Source of the DNA: an uncultured delta proteobacterium
GTDB taxonomy: Bacteria > Desulfobacterota > Binatia > JACPRU01
Length of the DNA: 64,000 nucleotides
Reading direction: 5' to 3'
Assembly: GCA_963711395.1 (NCBI GenBank)
Contig: CAVQEA010000001.1
Span: forward strand, 25,213 to 89,212
In this document: positions 54,804 through 64,000 of the stretch, piece by piece
How positions within the stretch are numbered: the first letter of the stretch is position 1
Layout: every line of letters begins with the position of its first letter
Notes under the pieces: generated by a model
Seen by the model: only the letters and a program-made list of their open reading frames with translations
Told to the model about the DNA's origin: nothing
The model's database searches: none
Program-made: the position numbers and the translations under genes

Positions 54804-55570
54804 GTGACGTCGTCCCCGGTCCAGCGCGCAGCAGAGCTGCTGTCGAGCTCGGCTGATCTAGTCGTTCTCACGGGGGCCGGCATCAGCACGGAATCGGGCA
54901 TTCCCGACTTCCGAAGTCCCGGCGGCATCTGGACGAAGTACGATCCCCAGGAGTTCACCTACCAAAACTTCGTCGCCAATCGCACACACCGGGAACGCTA
55001 CTGGAGGATGAGCCTCGACATTCATCCCGTGCTGGCCGGAGCCGAGCCCAACGCCGCACACCGCGCGGTGGCGGAGCTCGAGCGACGCGGCCATCTGCGC
55101 GCGGTGATCACGCAGAACATCGACGGACTCCATCAGCGAGCGGGCAGCTCGCCCGAGCTCGTGATCGAGATCCACGGCACGGCGCTCCACGTCGTGTGCC
55201 TCTCGTGCGGCGATCGCCTGCCGCGCGAGCAGGTGCAGGCGCGCGTGCGGGCGGGTGAAGCGGCGCCCGAGTGTCGGTCGTGCGGAGGTATCCTCAAGCC
55301 CGCCACGGTTTCCTTTGGCCAAGCGATGCCCGAGCGGGAGACGACCATGGCCTTCGACCATGCCGAGCATGCCGACGTCTTTCTGGTGATCGGATCGTCG
55401 CTGGTGGTTCATCCCGCGGCTTACCTGCCCTGTGCGCGCGGTCGAGTCCGGCGCCAAGCTGGTCATCGTGAATCTCGAGGCGACGCCGTACGATCGGTTG
55501 GCGAGCGTGGTGGTGCGCGGCAAGGCCGGCGCGACGATGGACGCGATCCTCGAAGCCATGGCGGCGTGAG
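54804..55570 (+). CDS. cobB: Sir2-family NAD-dependent deacylase; frameshifts at the 3' end
   Basis: TGAGISTESGIPDFR, TQNIDGLHQRAG, HG, CxxC...CxxC, GSSLVVHPA. Confidence 0.92.
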
Positions 55571-55573
55571 CCG

Positions 55574-56453
55574 ATGAGCCATCCGCGAGATCCAGCCCTC
55601 GAACTTGGCGGGCAGCTGGTATCCGGCGGATGCCCGAGAGCTGCGAATCGAGGTCGAACGCTGCCTCGGTGAGGAGCGTGTCCTCGATCGCACCTTGCGG
55701 GCGATCCTGGTGCCGCACGCGGGCTATCGCTATTCCGGACCCACCGCGGGAGCGGCGTTCGCGAAGCTAGGCCGCGGCCGTTGGCGGCGGGCGGTCGTCG
55801 TCGCGCCGAGTCACTATCGAGCGTTCGTCGGTGCCGCCGTTTTCCCGGGCGATGGCTTCGAGACGCCGCTCGGCATCGTCCGCGTCGACCGCGACGCGGC
55901 GAACAAGCTCGCCGAGGCATCGCTGTTCGCCGCCGACGTGCACGGCCGTACGCCCGCGAGCACTCGCTCGAGATCGAGCTGCCGTTTCTGCAGATCGTCG
56001 ATCCCGCACTCGCCGTCGTGCCGGTGCTGGTGGGGTCGCCACGACGTCTCCGACGAGCTGGCGATTCTCGGTCCGGCCTGGCCATGCTCGACGACGAGGA
56101 GACGTTGTTCGTCGTCAGCTCCGACTTGACGCACTATGGCGAAAGCTTCGGCTACTTGCCGTTCCCACCCGACGGGCGGGAGTCGTATCGGCCGAGCTCC
56201 GTCGTCTCGACTTCGGAGCGATCGACCCGATCCGTCACGGCGACATCGGCGGGCTTCGCCGAGCTACGTTCGCGCGACGGGCATCACGATCTGCGGCCGC
56301 GGACCGATCGAGGCGTTCCTGAGCTTTGCGCGCGGTCGCCTCGACGCCGATCTCGCTGCGTACCAGACGTCGCTCGACGTCACCGGCGACTTCGCGCACT
56401 CGGTCAGCTACGCCGCGCTGCTGTTCCATCCCGTGACGGGAGCCGCGGGATGA
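55574..56453 (+). CDS. MEMO1-family protein (AmmeMemoRadiSam protein B); frameshifted
   Basis: [50 protein letters not shown]. Confidence 0.85.
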
Positions 56454-57600
56454 GGGTTCCCCTGCTCGATCTCAAGGCGCAGTACCAGGCGATTCGCCGC
56501 GATACCGAGCGCGCCGTGGAGCAGGTGTTCGCCGACCAACAGTTCGTGCTCGGCGCGACCGTGGACCGCTTCGAAGCGCGAGATGCAGAGCCTATACGGG
56601 TGCGCGCCATGCCATCGGCGTCGCCTCGGGCAGCGATGCGCTGCTGCTCGCGTTGATGGCGCTCGACATCGGGCCGGGTGACGCGGTAGTCACGAGCCGT
56701 TCACGTTCTTCGCGACCGCCGGGTCGATCGTGCGCACGGGAGCGCACCTCGTGTTCGCCGACATCGATCCCGCCACGTTCAACTCGCGCCCCGAGGCTGC
56801 CGATCGGCGTTGGCGGACGCCGCCCACGGCGCGCGGCGTCTCGTGCTGATGCCGGTTCATCTCTACGGGCGAGTCGCGCCGATGACGGAGCTCGGGATGC
56901 GGCGGCCGCCCACGGTGCGACGATCGTCGAAGACGCGGCGCAAGCGGTCGGCGCGCGGGCCGACGGGGGAGGGAGTGACGGTGCGCATGGCCGGCACGTA
57001 CGGCTTGTTCGGCGCCTTCTCGTTCTTCCCGTCGAAGAATCTCGGCGCCGCGGGCGATGCCGGCATGGTGCTTAGTACGGACGATCGAATGGCGAGCGCG
57101 TGCGGATGCTGCGCACACATGGCAGCGTGCAGCGCTACGTTCACGAGCGGGTCGGGGTGAATTCGCGGCTCGACGCGCTCCAGGCCGCGGTGCTCTCGGT
57201 GAAGCTGCCGCACCTCGACGCTGGAACGCGGCGCGGCGCGAGCGAGCCGCCGCGTACTCGCGGCGCTTTCGCGACGCCGACCTCGCGCCGCGCTGGGTCC
57301 GGCTGCCCGCAGGACGCCGGAGAGGAGCACGTCTTCCATCAGTACGTGCTCCGCGCCGACCGGCGCGACGAGCTGCGCGCCGCGCTCGGCGAGGCGGGCG
57401 TCGAGACGCAGGTTTACTATCCCGATGCCGCTTCACCTGCAACCGTGCTTCGCGGCACTCGGATTCCGCCCCGGGCAGTTTCCGGAGGCCGAGCGTGCGA
57501 GCCGCGAGTGTCTCGCGCTTGCCGATCTATCCCGAGCTCACCGACGACCCAGCTCGATCACGTGGTCGAGACGGTCGCGACCTTCTACCGCAACCAATGA
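56450..57600 (+). CDS. DegT/DnrJ/EryC1/StrS PLP aminotransferase; heavily frameshifted
   Basis: [57 protein letters not shown]. Confidence 0.85.
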
Positions 57601-58441
57601 AGAGCGAGAAGGCGCCGAGCCCTGCGTGCGCTCACCGTCGCCGGCTCGGACAGCAGCGGCGGCGCCGGGATCCAGGCCGATCTCGCGACGTTCGCGGCGC
57701 TCGGGGTCTTCGGCTCGAGTCGCCGTCACCGCGCTCACCGTGCAGGACACGCGCGGAGTCTTGGAAGCCGTCTCCGCATGTCGCGCCACGACTCGTGCGG
57801 GCACAGATCGAGGCGGTGCTCGACGATCTCGGCGCCGACGCCGTGAAGACGGGAATGCTCTGTTCAGGCGCATCGGTGGTCGGAACGGTCGCGGCGCGCT
57901 CGGCGCTGCGCGGGGCCACGGAACCTCGTGGTCGATCCCGTCATTCGCTCGACGAGCGGCGCCGAGCTGCTCGACCGCGGAGGAGTGATGAGCGCTGCGC
58001 GATTCGCTGCTGCCGCTCGCGCGGGTGGTGACGCCGAATCTCGCAGAAGCCGCGGTGCTCGCGGGGATGGAGGTCGACGACGTCGATCGCGCCGCGGAAG
58101 CGTGCCGACGCATCCTCGACTCGGCCCGCGAGCCGTCGTGGTGACGGGCGGACATTTCGCCGGTCGATCCCGATCGACGTCGTGGCGGACCGGCGTGGGG
58201 ATCCGCCGCATCACCGGCCGGCGCATCGGCCGGACGCGCACGGCACCGGCTGCGTGTTCTCGGCCGCCTCGGCGGCGCACCTCGGCGCGCGGAGCGAGGC
58301 ATCGACGAAGCCGTGAGCCGTGCGGCGAAGCGCTTCGTGGAGGCAGCGCCTGCGAGGCGCGGCTCGGCTCGGTCGCGGGCCGACTGCCATCCTCGATCTG
58401 CGTCATCGGCAACGCCTCTTCTCGGCCGCGACGGCGCCTGA
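57597..58441 (+). CDS. thiD: Hydroxymethylpyrimidine/phosphomethylpyrimidine kinase; heavily frameshifted, 3' end uncertain
   Basis: [51 protein letters not shown]. Confidence 0.8.
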
Positions 58442-58461
58442 GGTATCATCGGCCGCGATCC

Positions 58462-60910
58462 ATGAGCCGCACCGAAGCGAAAGCCCGCAGTCGAAGAGCG
58501 CCGGGCGCAATCACGCGGCCTCCGGCGCGCGCACGCGCGGCTTCCCACGGGCTCTCGGTCCTCGAGGACATCGGCGCGATCATCGTCGAGCTCGCAGACC
58601 TCCAGGAGACGCTCGAGAGCATCGTGCGGTCGTCGCCGAGCGCACGGGCACGGAGGTCTGCTCGCTCTACATCTTCGACCCGCGGGCGCAGCTGCTGACG
58701 CTCTGGGCGACGACCGGTCTCGAGCGGCCGCCGTCGGCAAGGTACGATGACGGTCGACGAGGGCCTCACCGGATCTCGTGATCGAGAAGGGCGAGCCGGT
58801 GATGGTCGTCGATGCGCTCGCGCACCCCCGCTACAAGTACTTCCCCGAGACCGGCGAGGAGCGCTACCACTCGTTCCTCGGCGTGCCGATCGTCGAGCGC
58901 AGGACGCCGCTCGGCGTGCTCGTCGTGCAGACGCTGCGCCGCCGGCGCTTCGGCGGCGACGAGCTCCGGCTGCTGCGCGCGATCGCCGCGCAGGTCGCCG
59001 GCATCATCGTGCAGGCGCGGCTCTCGGAGTCGCTGGAGAGCAAGGAGAAGGAGCGCCACGAGTATCGCCAGCGCATGGTCGCCGCGATCCAGCGGCTGCA
59101 CGCGTACGAGAAGCAGCAGGAGCCGATCCGCGACGGCGCGGAAGCGCATCGCGCGCCGCGCGGCTGACCGGCCTGCCCGCCGCGCCGGGCTTCGGCCTCG
59201 GCACGCGCGCACCTGCTGCATCCGCAGGTGAGCTTCGACCAGGTCGACGAGCTGCGCAGCCGACGATCCGCGCCGGAGAGTGGCAGCGCTTCCGCAAGGC
59301 GCTCGACGAGCTCGGTCGAGCGAGATCGAGCGCCTGAAGGCGCGCATGAGCGACCGCGTGCCCGAGATCGACGGCGAGCCTCTTCGACGCCCACCGCATG
59401 ATGCTCGAGGACACGAGCTTCCTCGGCAAGATCGCGGCTTCATCGACGACGGGCTCGCCGCCGAGACCGCGCTGCAGTCACGTCGTCGACGAGTACGTCG
59501 GCGCGTTCTCGCGCATGTCCGACGGCTACCTGCGCGAGCGCGCCACCGACGTGCGCGACATCGGGCACCGGCTGCTGCGCAACCTGCTCGGCGTCGCCGA
59601 GGAGCGCGCGCGCTGCCGGAAGCGTGCGTCCTGGTCGCCGAGGAGCTGACGCTCTCCGACCTGGCCGCGATCGAGCCACGAGCACCTGAACGGCATCGTG
59701 CTCGCGACCGGCGGCGTCACGTCGCACGCGTCGATCCTCGCCAAGTCGTTCGAGATCCCGACCGTCGTCGGCGTCGACCGCTGCTCGAGACGGTGCACGA
59801 GGGCGACGACCTGATCGTCGACGGCAACTCGGGCGTCGTCTACGTGAACCCGCGCGCGACGTGCGCGCGCGAGTACGAGCGGCTCGACCGCGAGTACCGC
59901 GCCTTCAACCGCGAGCTCGAGGCGCTGCGCGACCTGCCCGCCGAGACCACCGACGGCCACCGCGTCACGCTCTACGCCAACATCGGGCTGATCGGCGACC
60001 TGCCGTTCGCGCACCGCCACGGCGCCGAGGGCGTCGGCCTCTACCGCACCGAGTTCCCGTTCCTCACCTACCGGGACTTTCCCGACGAGGAGGAGCAGCT
60101 TCGCGCTCTACCGCCGGGTCATCGATGCGCTCGGGCCGAAGCGGTCACGATCCGCACGCTCGACCTCGGCGCCGACAAGTACCCGAGCTACCTCCGTCTC
60201 GGCAAGGAGGAGAATCCGTTCCTCGGCTGGCGCTCGATCCGCATCTCGCTCGAGATGCCGCGATCTCTTCAAGCTGCAGCTGCGCGCCATCCTTCGCGCC
60301 GGCGCGCACGGCCCCGTGCGCATGCTGTTCCCGATGATCTCGAGCCTCGAGGAGATCCGGCGCGTCAAGGAGCTGCTCGAGGAGGCGCGGCACGAGCTGC
60401 GGCGAAGCGGCGATCGCCTTCGACGAGGCGATGCCGATCGGCATCATGATCGAGGTGCCGTCGGCGGTGCTCGCTGGCCGACGAGCTCATCCGCGAGGTC
60501 GACTTCTTCAGCATCGGCACCAACGACCTGATCCAGTACCTGCTCGCCGTCGACCGCAACAATCGCAAGGTCGCGCCGCTCTACGAGCCGCTCCATCCGG
60601 CCGTGCTGCGGGCGGTCGCGGCGACGGTGCGCGCCGCGAAGGAGGCCGGCAAGCCGGTCGGGATGTGCGGCGAGATGGCGTCCGATCCGCTGTGCGACGC
60701 TGGTGCTGCTCGGCCTCGGCCTCGACGATCTCAGCATGGGGCCGTTCTTCATCCCGGCGATCAAGCGCCTCGTCCGCTCCGTCGCGTACGCGACCGCGCG
60801 GGACATGGCGCGCAACGTGCTCGAGATGTCGACCGCTCAGGAGATCAAGGGGTACCTCTTCGGGCATGAAGAAGCTCGGCGTGATCGAGCTGATGGAGAT
60901 GTATCACTAA
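58462..60910 (+). CDS. ptsP: GAF-domain phosphoenolpyruvate-protein phosphotransferase (EI-Ntr-like); heavily frameshifted
   Basis: GAF domain ([29 protein letters not shown]), TSHASILAK (phospho-His), [30 protein letters not shown]. Confidence 0.88.
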
Positions 60911-61001
60911 GCTTCTTCGGCAATCCTCCTCCTGCTGACGAGGGAACACGACGGTCCGGCCGCCGTATCGGCTCACTGCGGCGAGACCTGGGGGTCCAAC
61001 G

Positions 61002-62030
61002 ATGAACGTACATCCGCCCAAATCACAGCTACTCTCGCTCGCCGACGCCGTTCTCGGCGGCGAGATCCTTTCACGCGAGACCGCCCGCGATCTGCTCGAC
61101 ACCCCTGACGACTCGCTGCGCGATCTGCTGTGGGCGGCTTTCCACATCCGCCAGGCGAGGTTCGGCCGGCGGGTCAAGGTGTGCGTATTGCAAAACGCGC
61201 GTAGCGGCCTTTGTCCGGAAGATTGTCACTACTGCTCGCAATCTTCGCTTTCGACGGCGGACATCCCGCGATATCGGCTGCTCTCCGAGGAAGCGCTGAT
61301 CGACGGAGCGCGGCACGCCGTGCAGAGCGGAGCGCGGCGCTATTGCATGGTGACGAGCGGCCGTGGGCCGAGTCGGCCGGACATCGAGCGCTTGAGTGCG
61401 GCCGCGCGACGCATCAAGCGAGAGTTCCCGGACATCGAGATCTGTGTGAGCGTCGGTTTGATGAACGAGGAAGAGGCGCGAGCGTTGAAGGCCGCGGGCG
61501 TCGGCTGGGTAAACCACAACCTCAATACCAGCGAACGATTCCACCCGAGCATCTGCTCGACGCACACCTTCGCAGACCGCGTACAGACCGTGCGCAGCGT
61601 TCAGGCGGCGGGGCTGTCCACCTGTTGCGGTGGCATCATCGGTATGGGCGAAAGCGACGAGGACGTCATCGATCTCGCGCTTTCGCTGCGCGAGCTTGCC
61701 GTCGACTCGCTGCCCGTGAATTTTCTCCACCCGATTGACGGGACGCCGCTCGGCGGAGCCAATTTTCTCGACCCGCTGCGCGCGCTGAAAGCGCTCTGCG
61801 TATTTCGCTTCACGAACCCGACGGCAGAAATCCGCGCCGCCGGGGGCCGGGAGCGCAACCTCCGTGAATGGCAGTCCCTCGCGCTCTTTCCCGCGAACTC
61901 GCTCTTCGTACGCGGCTACCTCACGACACCCGGACAGAGTCCCGATGAGGCGCGCCGCATGATCGAGTACATGGGGTTCGAGGTGGAAGAGGGGATCGAG
62001 GCGGCACCCGCCTCGACGCGGGCTCCGTAG
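61002..62030 (+). CDS. bioB: Biotin synthase
   Basis: SGLCPEDCHYCSQS, NHNLNTS, CCGGIIGMGE, SLPVNFL, IRAAGGRE, NSLF..YLTT. Confidence 0.95.
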   Translation: MNVHPPKSQLLSLADAVLGGEILSRETARDLLDTPDDSLRDLLWAAFHIRQARFGRRVKVCVLQNARSGLCPEDCHYCSQSSLSTADIPRYRLLSEEALIDGARHAVQSGARRYCMVTSGRGPSRPDIERLSAAARRIKREFPDIEICVSVGLMNEEEARALKAAGVGWVNHNLNTSERFHPSICSTHTFADRVQTVRSVQAAGLSTCCGGIIGMGESDEDVIDLALSLRELAVDSLPVNFLHPIDGTPLGGANFLDPLRALKALCVFRFTNPTAEIRAAGGRERNLREWQSLALFPANSLFVRGYLTTPGQSPDEARRMIEYMGFEVEEGIEAAPASTRAP

Positions 62031-62072
62031 GCGCGGCCGCGACTGCCGTCGCTTGCGACGGCGCCGCGGAGC

Positions 62073-63593
62073 CTACCCCGGATCGAGGGGGCGATACTGC
62101 AACGCCTCCGCCACGTCGCCGGCGCGGATTCGCGGCTCGGCGGCGAGATCTGCGATCGTGCGCGCGATCCGCAGTACGCGACCGTAGGATCGGGCAGAGA
62201 GGTCGAGGCGCTCGATGGCCGCCTCGAGAACGCGCTCGCCGGCGCCGTCGAGCGCGCAGTAGCGCCGCAGCTCATCCGGGCTCATGCGGGCGTTGCAGAA
62301 GACGCCGCGCCCTGCGAAGCGTTCGAGCTGCCGCGCGCGCGCGGCGCCGACGCGGTGGCGCACCTCGGCGGAGGACTCTCCGCGCGCCGCACCACGCAGC
62401 TCAGCCGAGCCGAGGGCGGGAGCCTCGACGTGCAGGTCGATGCGGTCGAGCAACGGCCCGGAGACACGCCTCCGGTAGCGCTGTACCTCAGCCGCCGAGC
62501 AGAGGCAGGCGCGTCGTGGATCGCTGAAGAATCCGCAAGGACACGGATTCATCGCGGCGATCAAAGTGAACCCTGCCGGAAAGCGTAGCGTCCCATGCGC
62601 GCGCGAGATCGTCACGCGGCGCTCCTCCATGGGCTGGCGCAAGCCCTCGAGGGCACGGCGGGGAAACTCGGGCAGCTCGTCGAGAAACAGCACCCCGTGG
62701 TGCGCCAGCGTCACCTCGCCGGGACGCGGTCCTGGACCTCCGCCGACGAGCCCCGCTGGCGAGATCGTGTGGTGCGGAGCGCGAAAGGGCCGGCTGGTGA
62801 GCATCGGCTCGCCCCCGAGCAGCCCGGCTACACTGTGAATCTTGGTGATCTCGATCGCCTCGACGAGCGTCGGGTCGGGAAGAATTCCGCCGATGCGCAC
62901 CGCCAGCATCGTCTTGCCCGCACCCGGCGGTCCGACCAGCAGGAGGTTGTGGCCGCCTGCGGCAGCGACCTCGAGGGCACGTTTGGCATGGTGCTGTCCG
63001 CGTACCTCCGCGAGATCTGCCGCGGCGGAGCTGACGGCGCCGAACAATCCCGAGGGATTCACTACGCTCCGCGCCAGAGCGCGCCGCCCGAGAAGGAACT
63101 CCACGGCTTCCCCGAGCGAGGACACGCCGTACACCTCCACGCCCGAGACGAGAGCGGCCTCGCGGGCGTTCGCGGCCGGGATCAGCAAGCGAGGAATGCC
63201 GAGCGCCGCTGTGGCGTCGGCGATCGCGAGCGCGCCCCGCACGGGCTTCACACGGCCGTCGAGTGACAATTCCCCGACGATGACTTGGCCGGCTAGGCGA
63301 TCAGGCGGTACCGTCCCTGAGGCCGCTAGAAGGCCGAGCGCGATCGGCAGATCGTAGGCCGACCCTTCCTTCTTGACGTCGGCTGGGGCCAAGTTGATCG
63401 TCGTGCGCTCCGCCGGGAACTGGTATCCCGAGTTGCGGATCGCCGAGCGAACTCGCTCGCGGCTCTCGCGGACGGCCGCCTCGGGCAGCCCGACGATCGA
63501 AAGCTGGGGCAGGCCACGACCGAGGTCCACTTCGACCTCGACGAGCGTGGCGTCGACCCCCTGCAGCGCGCTCGACTGGACCGTCGCGAGCAT
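62073..63593 (-). CDS. comM: YifB/ComM Mg-chelatase-like AAA+ protein
   Basis: VGLPEAAVRESRERV, NLAPAD.KKEGSAYDLPIA, GPPGAGKT, RPFRAPHH, LFLDELPEF, GPLLDRID. Confidence 0.92.
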   Translation of the reverse strand: MLATVQSSALQGVDATLVEVEVDLGRGLPQLSIVGLPEAAVRESRERVRSAIRNSGYQFPAERTTINLAPADVKKEGSAYDLPIALGLLAASGTVPPDRLAGQVIVGELSLDGRVKPVRGALAIADATAALGIPRLLIPAANAREAALVSGVEVYGVSSLGEAVEFLLGRRALARSVVNPSGLFGAVSSAAADLAEVRGQHHAKRALEVAAAGGHNLLLVGPPGAGKTMLAVRIGGILPDPTLVEAIEITKIHSVAGLLGGEPMLTSRPFRAPHHTISPAGLVGGGPGPRPGEVTLAHHGVLFLDELPEFPRRALEGLRQPMEERRVTISRAHGTLRFPAGFTLIAAMNPCPCGFFSDPRRACLCSAAEVQRYRRRVSGPLLDRIDLHVEAPALGSAELRGAARGESSAEVRHRVGAARARQLERFAGRGVFCNARMSPDELRRYCALDGAGERVLEAAIERLDLSARSYGRVLRIARTIADLAAEPRIRAGDVAEALQYRPLDPG

Positions 63594-63685
63594 CGTCGGC
63601 TCGACGGCGCCGAAGGGGGCGCGACTACTTACGAACAATGGGCGGGTTGCGCAAGCGGAATTTCCGGATGATAGGTTGAGCCACT

Positions 63686-64000
63686 ATGACGCAGCGATCC
63701 TACCGGGCGTGCACCCTCTGCGAAGCGACCTGCGGAATCGTGGTCGAGACCGAGGGCCGCGAAGTCGTGTCGGTGCGCGGCGACGAAGACGATCCCTTCA
63801 GCCGCGGATTCATCTGCCCCAAGGCGTACGCGCTGAAGGATCTGCAGTCCGACCCCGATCGACTGCGCCGGCCGGTGCGAAGGACGCGAGAAGGCTGGGA
63901 GGAGATCGGCTGGGACGAGGCAATCGACGAAGCCGCCGAGAATCTCGCACGCGTGCGCTCGCGGCACGGTCCGGAGTCTTTGGGGATCTACCTCGGGAAT
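63686..64000 (+). CDS. Molybdopterin oxidoreductase, N-terminal part; runs off the window end
   Basis: CTLCEATCG...GFICPKA, DPDRLRRP, WDEAI, YLGN. Confidence 0.88.
   Translation, partial: MTQRSYRACTLCEATCGIVVETEGREVVSVRGDEDDPFSRGFICPKAYALKDLQSDPDRLRRPVRRTREGWEEIGWDEAIDEAAENLARVRSRHGPESLGIYLGN

Overview
High-GC bacterial window, probably a long-read or MAG assembly of a soil deltaproteobacterium-like organism (Binatia or myxobacteria-like; this is inferred from gene content only). Many genes are split by 1-2 bp indels that look like sequencing errors. No rRNA, tRNA, CRISPR array or transposase was recognised. The blocks, in order: (i) 1-13 kb, a K+/osmostress island: kdpFABC without kdpDE, two extra micro-peptides, two degenerate P-II-like proteins, a TPP-TPS fusion in reversed domain order, a beta-barrel porin, a GT-A fold protein, five sigma54-type promoters and a divergent NtrC-family regulator with a degenerate GAFTGA loop. 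(ii) 13-16.5 kb, an ABC ATPase/permease pair. (iii) 16.5-25.8 kb, a sulfur-handling cluster: rhodanese, ArsR, two YeeE/YedE proteins, PDO-rhodanese, an NrfC-NrfD fusion, a Tat-less Mo-bisPGD enzyme and SulP. (iv) A class III cyclase-AAA-TPR protein, a Prx-like protein and a GNAT. (v) NHEJ genes ligD and ku with a coupled MerR-TPR gene. (vi) clcA, gltA, DsbA-like, GST, DUF1499. (vii) A vWA-TPR-ExbB-ExbD operon. (viii) Mostly housekeeping genes: yqgE, hemD, CoA transferase, thrC, HNH, HDAC, PBP1A, hpnG, hpnH, sirtuin, MEMO1-like, DegT-type aminotransferase, thiD, ptsP, bioB, comM/yifB and the start of another molybdopterin oxidoreductase. The best candidate for an undescribed system is the sigma54/P-II/micro-peptide-associated Kdp-trehalose island; the second is the PDO plus Mo-enzyme sulfur module.
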